This document shows, one piece after another, positions 1 through 11,980 of a stretch of DNA of 35,040 bases. A program made the position numbers and the translations under genes. This stretch comes from Seison nebaliae (lineage: Eukaryota): assembly GCA_023231475.1 (NCBI GenBank), contig JALJEE010000710.1, positions 1 through 35,040 of the forward strand, read 5' to 3'. Each line of letters starts with the position of its first letter. The stretch's first letter is position 1. Below the pieces are notes generated by a model, which saw nothing but the letters and a program-made list of their open reading frames with translations, made no database searches and was not told the origin of the DNA.

Positions 1-137
1 ATGTAGATAGAATGTACGTACAAATTCAGACGACCAATGTATAGGAATTTCGCGAAACACTTGTTTTTCAAATTCCAGACTTCAAAATTTTTGTACGTAA
101 AAAATACATTTTGTTCGTGTTCGTTTCCCCAGCACTA
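1..137. mobile_element. Possible end of a non-autonomous DNA transposon (hAT/MITE-like), cut by the window edge
   Basis: The reverse complement of 113-137 reads TAGTGCTGGGGAAACGAACACGAAC, resembling TAG(T/G)GCTGGG-type termini with repeated CGAAC subterminal motifs. No partner TIR or target-site duplication is visible in the window. Confidence 0.2.
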
Positions 138-1955
138 ATGTCTAATACAGTATGATGTTATGTTAAGAAAATAATATCTTTGGAAATATTAGAAGGAGGA
201 AATGTTGGATAGTTAATAGGAAGACAATTTGTGATCCTTTAAAGAAATCATTAGGTAATGTCATTGGATGAGTTTTGAAGTATGTAGATATCCGATCAAT
301 TGAGCATTCAATTGATGTCACACAATCAATTTTCGGGTTACAATTTTTTCATTTGGTAGGAAAGAGATGTTTTTCAAAAAGCATCTGATAACAATAATTC
401 GAAATGAATAATTATTTATTATTAATAAATAAACTGTTAATGAGAACGTGAGAAATTTCGGAATTTTAATAAATTTATTTATACACCTTCTATTATACAT
501 TTTAGACTGACTCTCGGATTTCGTTAATGGAAATTTAATTGAACAAGCACAAACATAACTTTAGTATCAGTGCGCATGGATCATTTTTCTGTACGTAACA
601 TGATCATGGAAATTGTTAGACGTATAACTCGTACATCTTAGACTTTTATTAACAGCTATTTCTTTTATAAATTTCCACATTAATTGTCATTAAATGCACA
701 TGTAGAGCACATATACTTAACCGAATAAAATTTAAAGAAAGCATATAATATTTATCATTTAATCAGAAGATGGCATATACCAATAGATGCAATAAATTTA
801 GTCCAAATATAATTGATTAATTACCATAAACTTCTACTTTCTTTCTCATCACCATCTTCAGCTTTTTTTCCTTCGTTTCTTCTTTTTAACATTTTCATTC
901 AAAATTAAGACAAATGAAATATGATACCATTCATGGCAAAATTAGTTGAAGAAATCGTTAAGTGTCCTAATATCGAACTGTGAGACGTTTTTAAATATTG
1001 GACAAATTGTTATGATTTAAATTTATACATTCAGTTTCATTGTAATTTTACAACATTTAAAGATTCTTATTACTGATGGCGTTGTAGCTGATAACGAAGG
1101 TGCTAATTGGTAAGATTATTCTAACAATTGGTTGCACATGCATTAGGAATATATATATACGTATATTTAGGCATATTTATAAATCGATTGTAAACATTCG
1201 ATAAGTAATGATATAAGGAAAAAAGGAAAATCAATCATTCATTTGTTCACTCTTTCATTATACTTCTGTTTTAAAGACTATTCCAATTATTCAATTATTT
1301 TATTTATCTTCCGGTTAATTGTATAAGAAATTTAGTTTTCCTTTTTTCCTTTAAAATTTTTTGAAAGATACTTACGAAGAATTTTTTAGGGAATGATCAA
1401 GCAATGTAAAACTAGGATATTCTTAAATTTTTTTATGGAACCTATATGGGAATAAGTAGATTGAGAGCCAACTAATATTTGGTACTCCCCTCCAATATTC
1501 TCTCTAGCAAAGTATTATTATGAGAGTTATTGACGATATTTATGTATCTTCTAGTTGAATAAACTGGAAGAATGCAATAATAAGTAATGATAATTAAAGA
1601 TACTTCTTCTTAAGCTCATTTCCTTTTGCTATTTACTATCTGAACTTTCGTTTCCATTTTTGGGTTGTTGATTCATCTTCTTTATTTTTCCTATCTGCAC
1701 ATAATTTGACTCTATAGTAAGTTCTTCTTTTAGATGCTACATTCTTATATTCTTCTCACAAAAGACACAATGGAAATATATGTGCACTAATTAATAAGAA
1801 CACAATGAAACATCCTTTCAGTCTGTAATTACCTTTAAAACAAAAATTGTCTAATTAGACAATAAATCGACAAGGTCAAACTTGACAAAGATCTTTGGCA
1901 AATTCTCAGAAAATAATTTTTCTCCTAATATAAATAAGAATACTATTGAATAACA

Positions 1956-3362
1956 ATGTTCTCGACTACTCAATCCATACCAATTGAGAGGACTGCCAAT
2001 AAGACAACGGATGATGACGACAAATTAACCAAAAAACGACGTTCAATGTCCAAGTCCAGACAAAAATATCATCCAGAAGATATTGTTAATTTCAGGAAGA
2101 TTGTTGGATGCGAATTAAGTGAGAGAATCGTAATTAATGTAAGTGGAATGAGATTTCAAACACAATTGAAGACTCTCAATACCTTTTCAAATACTCTACT
2201 CGGTGATCCAAAACGAAGAATCAGATATTACGATCCTTTAAGAAACGAATATTTTTTCGATCGAAATCGACCAAGTTTCGATGCAATTCTTTATTACTAT
2301 CAATCAAATGGACGACTTAGACGACCAGCCACCGTTCCTGTTGATGATTTCACTCAAGAAATCAGATTTTTTGAGCTCGGCGAGGAGGCATATAATAAAT
2401 TCCGAGAGGAAGAAGGATTTAGTGCAGAAGAGACTTGTATCCTTCCACAAAATGAAGTAATGAGACGAATCTGGTTGTTATTAGAATATCCTGAAACATC
2501 AAATGGTGCAAGATTAATAGCAATCATTTCAGTGTTCGTTATAGTTTTATCAATCGTTATTTTTTGTCTTGAAACATTACCACATTTTAAACGATATCAT
2601 GTCATTGAACGAATTGGCCATCATGGAAAGAATGTTACAACAATTTCTGAAATGGATACACCTGAAATGAATGAACCATTCTTTCTTATCGAATCATGTT
2701 GTATCATTTGGTTTACATTGGAATATTTTGTTCGATTATGTAGTTCACCTGATAAATTGAAGTTTATGAAATCGATCATGAATCTCATCGACATAGCGGC
2801 AATAGTTCCTTTCTTCATTTCACTTAATACCGTTATCAATGGTTCATCATCGGATTCAGTAACAAATCAAGCAACATCTCTCGCCATTTTACGTTGTGTT
2901 CGATTGATTCGAGTATTTCGTATATTTAAATTGAGTAGACATTCGAAAGGTTTACAGATAGTGGGCCAAACTCTCAGAGCAAGTCTTCAGGAATTGGGAT
3001 TATTAATATTCTTCCTCTTATTAGGCGTTATTCTTTATTCTTCTGCTGTATATTTTGCTGAAGCTGGAATTGAAGCATCGCAATTCAAAAGTATTCCTGA
3101 TGCATTCTGGTGGGCGATGGCTACAATGACAACCGTTGGTTATGGGGATATGACGCCAATAGGTTTCTGGGGAAAGATTGTGGGTTCGGCATGTTCAATT
3201 ACTGGTCTATTGATGATAGCACTACCGGTTCCAGTAATTGTATCGAATTTCAATTATTTTTATCATCGTGGAACGGAAGATGATCAAATGAAATTAATGA
3301 AAGAAAAAACGGAATCCGACGATTCTATAAACTGTGATCTTTATCAAACATCTTTTGATTGA
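1956..3362 (+). CDS. Sh: Shaker/Kv1 (KCNA-type) voltage-gated K+ channel, copy A, 468 aa, single coding exon
   Basis: T1 domain ([14 protein letters not shown]...[20 protein letters not shown]), S1 FCLETLP, S4 [23 protein letters not shown], pore [21 protein letters not shown]6 [18 protein letters not shown]; these are Kv1-subfamily signatures. Confidence 0.96.
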   Translation: MFSTTQSIPIERTANKTTDDDDKLTKKRRSMSKSRQKYHPEDIVNFRKIVGCELSERIVINVSGMRFQTQLKTLNTFSNTLLGDPKRRIRYYDPLRNEYFFDRNRPSFDAILYYYQSNGRLRRPATVPVDDFTQEIRFFELGEEAYNKFREEEGFSAEETCILPQNEVMRRIWLLLEYPETSNGARLIAIISVFVIVLSIVIFCLETLPHFKRYHVIERIGHHGKNVTTISEMDTPEMNEPFFLIESCCIIWFTLEYFVRLCSSPDKLKFMKSIMNLIDIAAIVPFFISLNTVINGSSSDSVTNQATSLAILRCVRLIRVFRIFKLSRHSKGLQIVGQTLRASLQELGLLIFFLLLGVILYSSAVYFAEAGIEASQFKSIPDAFWWAMATMTTVGYGDMTPIGFWGKIVGSACSITGLLMIALPVPVIVSNFNYFYHRGTEDDQMKLMKEKTESDDSINCDLYQTSFD

Positions 3363-3377
3363 AATAAATAAAATAAA
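3363..3377 (+). terminator. Candidate polyadenylation signal cluster (overlapping AATAAA) after Kv1 copy A
   Basis: AATAAA at 3363, 3367 and 3372, directly after the TGA stop. Chance matches are common in AT-rich DNA. Confidence 0.35.
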
Positions 3378-5536
3378 TTCGATGAAAGTTCTATTGTTGC
3401 TATTCTTTTTTTTCTTCGTCTTTCAGGATTTTCAGGAGGAAATTCAGCAAATCAAGCGAAATAAATGATATTTAAATGATTCAATTTCCTTCAATATAAT
3501 ATGTTATTAATTGCTTACAGGTGTTTCTCATATGCCAGTGAAATTTTCAAAAAATTGTTCCCATTCAATCATTGCTTCCCTTCCTCTTTCTTCTTTTTCT
3601 TTCTGGGAAATATAAAAAGATTTTTTTCGTTTTCACAACCATATTATTCACAATAGAATTATTTATGTTCCCCACGACTATGACTAGAACTTATACATCA
3701 TCTAATCTTCACTACCTTAACAATAATTCGATGTCCGTCATTTTTGAATGAATCTCTAATTGTAACATCTTTTTTTCCGCAATTGTTGAAATGTTTCGTG
3801 TATTGTTAAATAAGGATTAAATGAATAAATAAACTATCGTTTCGATCTTTCGTTAAAGGGAATTTCCCAATTTAAAAGATTTTCTGAATAAAAATTAAAG
3901 GGGAGAAAGAAAACAACATTCGATATAGAAAGGAAAGAAACAGCAACAGATCCCTAATAATTCATGTAATCGCTTTCGTCTAAATTTCTAGAAAGATCTA
4001 TGTTTATGTTTGCAAATTAATTTGCTTTTCAGGAATATGTTAGTGATTGTTACATGCCACTACATTTTGATCTTACAGATCTTACTGTTAGTCTTTAGGC
4101 ATTCATCTTTCTTTCATATTTCTTTTGAATATTCATCAGTTTAGTTTAGATTTTCCATTATAAAATTAATTAGAGGAAAAGAATAATTAGATAAAAAATG
4201 ATTAGATAATTGAGTAAGACATTGGTAGAGTGAACAGCGTTAGATTATTTATTGATTATAAGAAATTAGTCTGAAGCTTATGTGAAGAGAAGGAGGGAAA
4301 GGTAAGACAAAATTCATTATCTTTTAGACTTTTAGTCAAAGACAGTTCTTGTACGGATAGTTTGGTTCCAATTTGTTCCATTTCTTCCACATTTTCGAAC
4401 ATTATTCCATCAACGAATTCGATTAGAGATTATTATTATCTCATAAATTCCTCATCATTAATAACAACCGTATAATTAATTCAATGAAAAGTAGGAAAGT
4501 GATAAGTCACCCTGGACATCCATATTACAATGGTTCTAAGTTGCCATTCATTTTCTGTTCTTTCCGTTCATTGTGCTTATGATACAGATGCAGACGGATT
4601 CTTCGTTGAGTTATGCTCTTCATTCCGTAAAACTTTCTAATTATCTTCCCTATTTTTTTACTTAGCAGTAAGAGATACGATGCACATATAATATACTGAC
4701 GTATTCATATTACATGACCGGAATATGAAATAAAGACGGAAAGCAAAAAAAGAAACTGGATGAATAAGAATATAGAAATCGTTATATGCTTCTTTCTATC
4801 CCCATATACTATGCAGATTCCCAATTCCGTTATTAATGTTAATACTAATATTATTAGTTGAATAAGTAATCGAAATGAAAAGGAAAAATGGAAAGTAATC
4901 GGATCGAACTATATATAATTTAAATGAACACTCTCAACCCAACTTTCAACCATCAATCTAACTTCCTCTATAAAATCCTTACGATACTCAGTTTTGTGAT
5001 GGGAGAAAATGATATAATAAATCTTAATATAGAGTATTATAGATCAGTTGAGAAATAATTACGGTTGAGAATTACAGTTATTATTATCAATCAATCTTTA
5101 TAAATTTTTGATTGTACCATCCATCGAATTTTTATAGAATTATACGGTTCATTTAGATATTTCAAAAAACAAAATTCCATAACTTTTCGTCTATCTAGCC
5201 AAGATAAATTACTCCAAAAAAACAATCTATTTTATTCCATTTTTTCTTAGGCGAACAATTGACTCTCTTTTAATCTTTTTGCAGCTTCCTTATAATTTGT
5301 TAAAAACATAAATTAGCATCTCTCGTCTCTTATTGTGTTTCGTTTGTCGAAAGGAATTCATTATTCAATTCGATCGTATATCGGTCATGTTGATTTAAAT
5401 GAATGATAATTCTGAATGCCTGTCGATAATTTCTCAAGAGAAAAATATAAATATGAAGAAATTTAATTCTATTTGGAAATAGATGTCCAATCTCATTTCG
5501 CCATAGACCAATTTTCACAATTCCAATTATCTCCAA

Positions 5537-6856
5537 ATGACATCAATCCTTTGTGCTTCTCACATTTTCGGAAGTGAATTAAGCGAAAGAATAACAATCA
5601 ATATATCTGGTCAGAAATATGAAACACAACTGAAAACACTTAATCGATTCTCAAATACGTTGTTAGGCGATCCTAAACGCCGGATCCAATTTTACGATTC
5701 GGTCAAAAATGAATATTTCTTCGATAGAAATCGCTCAAGTTTCGATGCAATTCTCTATTATTATCAATCGAAAGGACGATTAAAGAGACCGGCTACAGTT
5801 TCCGTTGAAGAATTTAGCGAGGAAATTAAATTTTTTGAATTGGGTGAGAAAGTTTTTAAAAAGTTTCGGGCAGACGAAGGTTTTGAAGATGTCTCAACAA
5901 AAGAATTACCAAAAAATGAAATGAAACGTCGAATTTGGTTATTGATGGAGTATCCCGATTCGTCGAATGGAGCACGAGCAATTGCAGTTATTTCAATTTT
6001 TATTATCATAGTTTCGATCGCAACATTCTGTTTGGAAACGTTACCGATGTTCACGACATATGCAGTACGGATATTAAATAATGAAACAGAAATTATTCCG
6101 GACAATCTCCCAAATATTCATGAACCATTCTTTATAGTGGAGACAATATGTGTCACTTGGTTTTGCATTGAATTATTAGCAAGACTTTTATCCACACCAA
6201 ATGTCAAACAATTTGTAAGTTCAATTATGAATGTCATCGATATTCTTGCTGTCTTTCCATATTTTGCTGCCTTAAGAACTTTGTTACAAGACGATGAATT
6301 CGTTTCAGAGAGTATCTCTCTAACTTTTCTTCGTTGTATACGATTAATTCGTGTATTCCGCATATTTAAGCTTAGTCGCCATTCAAAAGGATTACAAATT
6401 TTGGGTCAAACTCTACGAGCAAGTATGAGAGAATTGGCGTTGCTAATCTTCTTCTTGTTCATTGGTGTAATATTATTTTCGGCGGCAATCTATTTCGCAG
6501 AAATTGATGTTGACGATTCACAATTTGTGAGTGTGCCTAGTGCGTTTTGGTGGGCGATGATCACCATGACAACGGTTGGCTTGGGTGATCTATCGCCAAA
6601 AAACTTTTGGGGTAAAATTGTGGGTTCTGGATGTTCAATTGTTGGTATGTTAATGATTGCTTTACCCGTTCCCGTTATTGTTTCGAATTTCAATTATTTT
6701 TATCATCGAGAACGAGATCGAAAGAATTGTCGACGTGATGAATATGAACGCGCACAGAAGAAGTTGAATGCCACCAATTCATCATCATCAGGAAACTACT
6801 CAAATGTCAATGAAAGTTATGACACTAAAACACATTATACGATTGACCTGACATAA
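5537..6856 (+). CDS. Sh: Shaker/Kv1 (KCNA-type) channel, copy B, 439 aa, single coding exon, atypical GLG filter
   Basis: T1 domain, S4 [26 protein letters not shown] and S6 [19 protein letters not shown] are intact; the pore reads [20 protein letters not shown]. An in-frame TAG at 5504-5506 lies upstream of the ATG; a short upstream exon cannot be excluded. Confidence 0.94.
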   Translation: MTSILCASHIFGSELSERITINISGQKYETQLKTLNRFSNTLLGDPKRRIQFYDSVKNEYFFDRNRSSFDAILYYYQSKGRLKRPATVSVEEFSEEIKFFELGEKVFKKFRADEGFEDVSTKELPKNEMKRRIWLLMEYPDSSNGARAIAVISIFIIIVSIATFCLETLPMFTTYAVRILNNETEIIPDNLPNIHEPFFIVETICVTWFCIELLARLLSTPNVKQFVSSIMNVIDILAVFPYFAALRTLLQDDEFVSESISLTFLRCIRLIRVFRIFKLSRHSKGLQILGQTLRASMRELALLIFFLFIGVILFSAAIYFAEIDVDDSQFVSVPSAFWWAMITMTTVGLGDLSPKNFWGKIVGSGCSIVGMLMIALPVPVIVSNFNYFYHRERDRKNCRRDEYERAQKKLNATNSSSSGNYSNVNESYDTKTHYTIDLT

Positions 6857-9463
6857 ATACTAAAAAATGTTAAAGAATTGTTTCTCTTAAAAATGAGAGA
6901 AACATATAAAATTTCAATAATTGTAATATCAAAATATTTCCTCTTCCTCAATTGATAATCGTTTGAGAAATAGCAAACGTAAAGAAGTACAAACGATATG
7001 AACGATAAACGGTGTGAAGTACGAAAGATTATCGACAATTACTAATCAAAACAAAAATTTATTCTCAACATTTATTAACTCCTTCAAATCTAAAATAATT
7101 CTCAGTTTTTCCTTTTTATTAATAAAATATGAAATTCTGTTTATTATTATCGAGTGATAATTGGGAATGAAGTTCTTCTCTCAAATTACTTTTTATAAAT
7201 AAAATTTCTTAAAAAACGTTCTTTTATATTACTTATTAACTTTTATCGATTACCGCAACAACTATTACTAAACGATTAATCGTTCCCGAATCTTTCATTA
7301 ATCATATAAAAAGTCTATTCTACTTTTTTTAACTAACTGCCGAGTTACGTAAATAGCATTTTAATTGTCATTTAGTTAAGTGGTGTGACAAGTGGAAATG
7401 AATCTTGACCAAAATGGTAGATACTAAAATTTGAATTGTGTAAAACAATAACAAAAAAATGAAGAGGAATGATTTATGAATTATTTTTATATCACTTTCA
7501 ACAACACTCTTCAAACCGAGAAGAAACATCGACATTCTTTCTCTCAAGTAATTGTATTTGAAACGAAAATTATCCCACCTCAAAATGGGAAGGAAGATAA
7601 ATACCAATTATTTTCATATGGTTAACTTTGATTGCGAGATAAATTGTTCATAGGTAATGCATATGAAAATTATATTTGCTATAATAATAAATATATATTT
7701 ATTTCAAACGGACAACAATTAAGAGAAAATTAGACGATCGATGGGAAATTTTGTTTTGGAGCAAAAATTTCCTTCTAATTTAATTTGCTTCAAGATACTT
7801 TCCTTTAACGAGATATAAAGAAACAGTATATATGGGGAATGGCGTTTTCGTGGGAAAATCTGTTCGTAACCTGATTTTCCACATTTCTTAATGTTATCCA
7901 ACTCCACTCCATTAGAGTGGATCTCACAATCGTAAATAAATAGATACACGTTCGAGATTGTTGTTGTAATAAGAAAATTATCTAATTTTCCAATTTAATT
8001 TGAAGGAAGGAGAGGTATGTTAAGTTTGGAGGTGATGTTTATAAGTGAAAAAATTTCAAATCTACTAATGTTATTGGCCTCATTTCTTCACAATTATTAT
8101 GTTTGTAGTGAAGACGAGAAGAGAACGGTTAAATCGTTGTCTGATTAATAGTTGACGATGAACTGATATTGAGGATAATTGAATAAGCAAAATGAAAACA
8201 ATCCTTTATTTCTCCATTGTTCAAGTACAACTTTCCTCCAGTCTGATACAGTTTTCGAATTGTATTTAAGTGCAAATTGAACAAGGGAAAATCGAATTTC
8301 AACTATCGATCATAATTTTCCATAACTCATCAAATATTCTTCAATGCTTTTTAGCTAGTTGTTGATGTTGTCTAATTGAAACTAGGTGTCATATTGATCA
8401 GTGTCGAAGAACTTTCCGATGATATTCGATGTGAGAATAATGACGAATACAAAAGAAAATTGAAGAAGTTCCTCGTTGTAAATTGAAAGACGACGATGAT
8501 CCCGAAAAAAATAAAATGGATAGCACGTATGTCTATCTTCTATTTGTATTTGTATGGGATATGGAAGTTAATAAGATAAGGATGAAACTTTATTATTCAC
8601 TCTAATTCTCATCATTATTATCCCCTTTTCTCGTTCATACAGTTACGGTATTTCTCAACCATCAGATGGTTGACTAGTCGTTTGAGAAGAGCGAAAAAAA
8701 GTCGATGAAATCCGATAACTAATTTCGAAGTTCGATAACCGCGACTTATCTGTCTGTGTATTGCCTCGAAAAAATCAATAAATGAAACATGTATCATACA
8801 TAAAAATGATAAGTTCTTTTTGCCAACCTTCATCTAATTTATTTTCTGTTAAAGTTTAATATTCGATCGATTTTCATTGTTGATTCTATCTTAAATTCAT
8901 CTGAATTCCTTTTCTTCCCATTCATCTATGACAATGTCTATGACTCTTCTGTCGTTGTTGTTATTATTATTATTGTTATGTGAATTGAGAGAATGGAATA
9001 CTTCAATACTTTTAAATTTCATTTTCCTTCCGTTTTCCTTCCGTTATGACGAATAACGATTATAATCACAAAATAGTTTTTTTATCAGAAACTTCTATTT
9101 CGATTTTTATCACTCAACTAAACTTCTTATTTTGTCATATACATATTTCACATAAATAAACAGGAAGAAGAAAAAGGAAAGGATGATAATTATTTTAGAT
9201 AAAACAATCGATATCGATCAATTGGTATGACATAATAGTTTAATATTCTCATTAATAATTTTCCTCAATGGCTAATCCATCTATCAATTCTTCTATCAAT
9301 TTAATTATGAAATCTTAGAAATGATTGTAGGAAGAAAATAGTTTATTATTCGAATTAACTATCAATTTGTATCAATCAACAGCCGAAATAAACAATAACA
9401 ATTCTAAAAAAAAAAGGAAGATTTTTCCCACAAAATCTTTTTTAATTCCCAAATCGTTGTCAC

Positions 9464-11980
9464 ATGTCGTCTATAACGGAAAATATTCGAGAATTATCCG
9501 ACTTCTTCCAACAACGACCTTATTTACCTTTATCAAAAACTAACAATGAAGCACGACATTTTCGTATTTCATATGAACATTCTCCTGAGACGAGCATTGG
9601 ATATCCTTCACGAGAGATGAACAACAAACAACGCAAACATGGAACAATCTCTTCACTAATCCAGTTCTCCAACGATCCATTGAAAAACGTAGTTTGTATG
9701 GAGAATGAAGAAATTATTAATGATACATCGATGTATGACAATCTGAAATACTATGGCTATTACATCAATTCATCATTCTCCGGTGACGGGATGAATAGTG
9801 GGAGATGGAGGAAATTTATGAATATTGATGGAGATTCTGATGAAAAAGAAGGGGAACTAAAGGGAAGAAGAAATGAGAAAAATAATAAATCTATTTCCAA
9901 TTCACATAAAGATAATGTAAGAAAAGCTCTCCCAACTGACTTGCTATTATGTAAGGAAGGTGAGAAACGTCCACATCGAACATCAGATTGCTGTCGAAGC
10001 AGTAAAGAAGAGAATCGAATCTATCATCCAAAGATTATTATACCAGACGATTTGTCTTCAGAAGAAATTGATAATTTGCATATTAACACCATTTCGACCC
10101 CTCACAATTACAATAGGACGAACAATAAGAAGTCGGAGTTTGATGATTGTGTGGAAGAAGAATATTCGAAAACAAATTTTGAAAGAGGAAAGAAAAGATC
10201 AAAGAAGAAACTTGTGAATAAAGACGAATATAAATCGTTAATTGAACTTCATCAAATATTAGCAAATTGTCAAAAGTTCGATAAGAAACATCAATTTAAC
10301 AATTTTCCAAATGTGGAAATGAGAGAAGGTAGACAGAATACTTGTCAACCACAACCACATCAAACAACTCGAACTTCACATTTATACGCCCGTCAAACAT
10401 TAAAGAACGATCAACAAAATAAACAACCTGAACGCAAGAAGCAACAACAACCAACTCATCAAACTTACAATTTCAATCATCGACCATCAAATAAGTGGTT
10501 CGGTGACAAGCCTACTAAACATTCGGTATTGAGAGACAAGACGAATGAGAGAATTCTAAGAAGGAAAAGTCAATCATTAATTGATAATCGGATAACGAAC
10601 AGTTGTAATTCCGAGTTTTATTACGCGACAAACAAATTTAATACATCCTCATATCGGTCAAACATCTCTCACGAATCATCGCAATTAAAATATAGAAAAG
10701 AAAAACATCAACAAAAGTATCATGAACACAAAAAATTAAACTTGCAACAACCGATTTTCGATCATCATAAGAAATACTCATTAAAATTAGGAAGAGTTAA
10801 CAAAAAGAATAAAGTTAATGAGATACCGTTCATAACGACGACGCTCCATAAGATGACAGCTCATCCTTTAGTTTCAATAACTCCAAATAAACTGTTACAT
10901 ACCTCCTCCACCGTTACTTATACTACCCCATCATCATACTTCACGAGATTAAGGAAGAAAATACGAAAGAATCGCAAACGGTTGAGACGACGACGAATTG
11001 AAGCGAAAAAGATACAATCCATCTCCATGACGACTACTTCCACAACTGAAACATTAACAGACGAACGACATACAAATACCAATCCTTTCTCCAACACATC
11101 ATCACAGAATTATTTGAATTATCTTTATCAGAATAAACTGTTGGATAAAAGTCGACAATTTCCTGTTTCAATATTTACAACTTCCATTGACGACAATGAA
11201 TCAATGGAGAGACCTGTATCTTTATCCTCATCAACTGAAACTTATAAACTGAAGAATCCAGCAGCATATCATCGCTTAAAAGAATTGAGTAATTCTATTC
11301 AACCTCCGAAGGTCTTCGATAATGAACAATTTGTTATTGAAAACAATTATCATCAAAAGAATCATGAAAAAAGAAATTTAATTGTTAATCGTTTTACTTC
11401 ATCGAAATTTTCATTCCGTCCTAAACAATCGAATACTCAACTCCTACAAAATTATTATAAGAAACATCGCAAATATATTTCAAATGTGAACAATAATAAT
11501 TCTAAAAATTGTTATTCCAAAATCAAACGTTTCATACAATCATGTCTCGATTCGAATATTTTCCTCTTTTTCCTCATATCACTCTTCATTGTCATTTGTA
11601 TAGTCGCCTCAATCTTCCTATGGTATTATTTGAAATTATTGAAATATCATCAATTTGCTAAAAGCTCATTAACATCAAATAACGAAAATCGGAATGAATC
11701 ACTTCAAAATTTTACTGCAAAGAATCCGTCCGAATGGTTTCCCTTATTGTCAACATCTAAATTTCCTGTAAATGGAACAAGGAAAATTTTTTTTAAAAAA
11801 GGTCAAAATCTCTATAGGAATAAATCATCTGAAATGTTTTCAGATCAAATGGTTGAAATTTCACTCGATAATAAAAAGTTCCAAGAACCAACATTTTATA
11901 GAACTTTTTATGAAACATCCAATGCCAACTCAGAAAAAGGCGATAAATTTTTTTATACTAATGGTCATCCTATATTGTAA
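9464..11980 (+). CDS. Uncharacterised 838-aa low-complexity protein with one predicted transmembrane helix near the C-terminus
   Basis: A 2.5-kb stop-free ORF in AT-rich DNA is very unlikely by chance. Hydrophobic stretch IFLFFLISLFIVICIVASIFLWYYL at ~11558-11632 followed by basic residues; AATAAA shortly after the stop. No domain recognised. Confidence 0.75.
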   Translation: MSSITENIRELSDFFQQRPYLPLSKTNNEARHFRISYEHSPETSIGYPSREMNNKQRKHGTISSLIQFSNDPLKNVVCMENEEIINDTSMYDNLKYYGYYINSSFSGDGMNSGRWRKFMNIDGDSDEKEGELKGRRNEKNNKSISNSHKDNVRKALPTDLLLCKEGEKRPHRTSDCCRSSKEENRIYHPKIIIPDDLSSEEIDNLHINTISTPHNYNRTNNKKSEFDDCVEEEYSKTNFERGKKRSKKKLVNKDEYKSLIELHQILANCQKFDKKHQFNNFPNVEMREGRQNTCQPQPHQTTRTSHLYARQTLKNDQQNKQPERKKQQQPTHQTYNFNHRPSNKWFGDKPTKHSVLRDKTNERILRRKSQSLIDNRITNSCNSEFYYATNKFNTSSYRSNISHESSQLKYRKEKHQQKYHEHKKLNLQQPIFDHHKKYSLKLGRVNKKNKVNEIPFITTTLHKMTAHPLVSITPNKLLHTSSTVTYTTPSSYFTRLRKKIRKNRKRLRRRRIEAKKIQSISMTTTSTTETLTDERHTNTNPFSNTSSQNYLNYLYQNKLLDKSRQFPVSIFTTSIDDNESMERPVSLSSSTETYKLKNPAAYHRLKELSNSIQPPKVFDNEQFVIENNYHQKNHEKRNLIVNRFTSSKFSFRPKQSNTQLLQNYYKKHRKYISNVNNNNSKNCYSKIKRFIQSCLDSNIFLFFLISLFIVICIVASIFLWYYLKLLKYHQFAKSSLTSNNENRNESLQNFTAKNPSEWFPLLSTSKFPVNGTRKIFFKKGQNLYRNKSSEMFSDQMVEISLDNKKFQEPTFYRTFYETSNANSEKGDKFFYTNGHPIL

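Noticed and set aside
295..316. Hairpin ATCAATTGA-GCAT-TCAATTGAT whose 15-nt core recurs at 12467-12481
   Set aside because: Flanks do not align, and a few 15-mer matches are expected by chance in 35 kb of AT-rich DNA.
3243..3268. Identical nucleotide run shared by the two Kv1 copies (also at 6682-6707), suggesting gene conversion
   Set aside because: It encodes the invariant SNFNYFYHR under strong AT codon bias; synonymous sites elsewhere are diverged.
2621..6693. Antisense ORFs within the Kv1 genes (and similar ones over CTL, lipin and the Ras-like gene)
   Set aside because: Shadow frames of the real coding strand with no recognisable motifs.
7368..8833. Short minus-strand ORFs and coding-looking patches between Kv1 copy B and the orphan
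   Set aside because: Hand translation gave no recognisable motif or consistent splice chain.
9464..11980. Syndecan/proteoglycan identity for the orphan (SGDG site, Thr/Ser tracts, single TM)
   Set aside because: No signal peptide, no RMKKKDEGSY juxtamembrane motif and no terminal EFYA.
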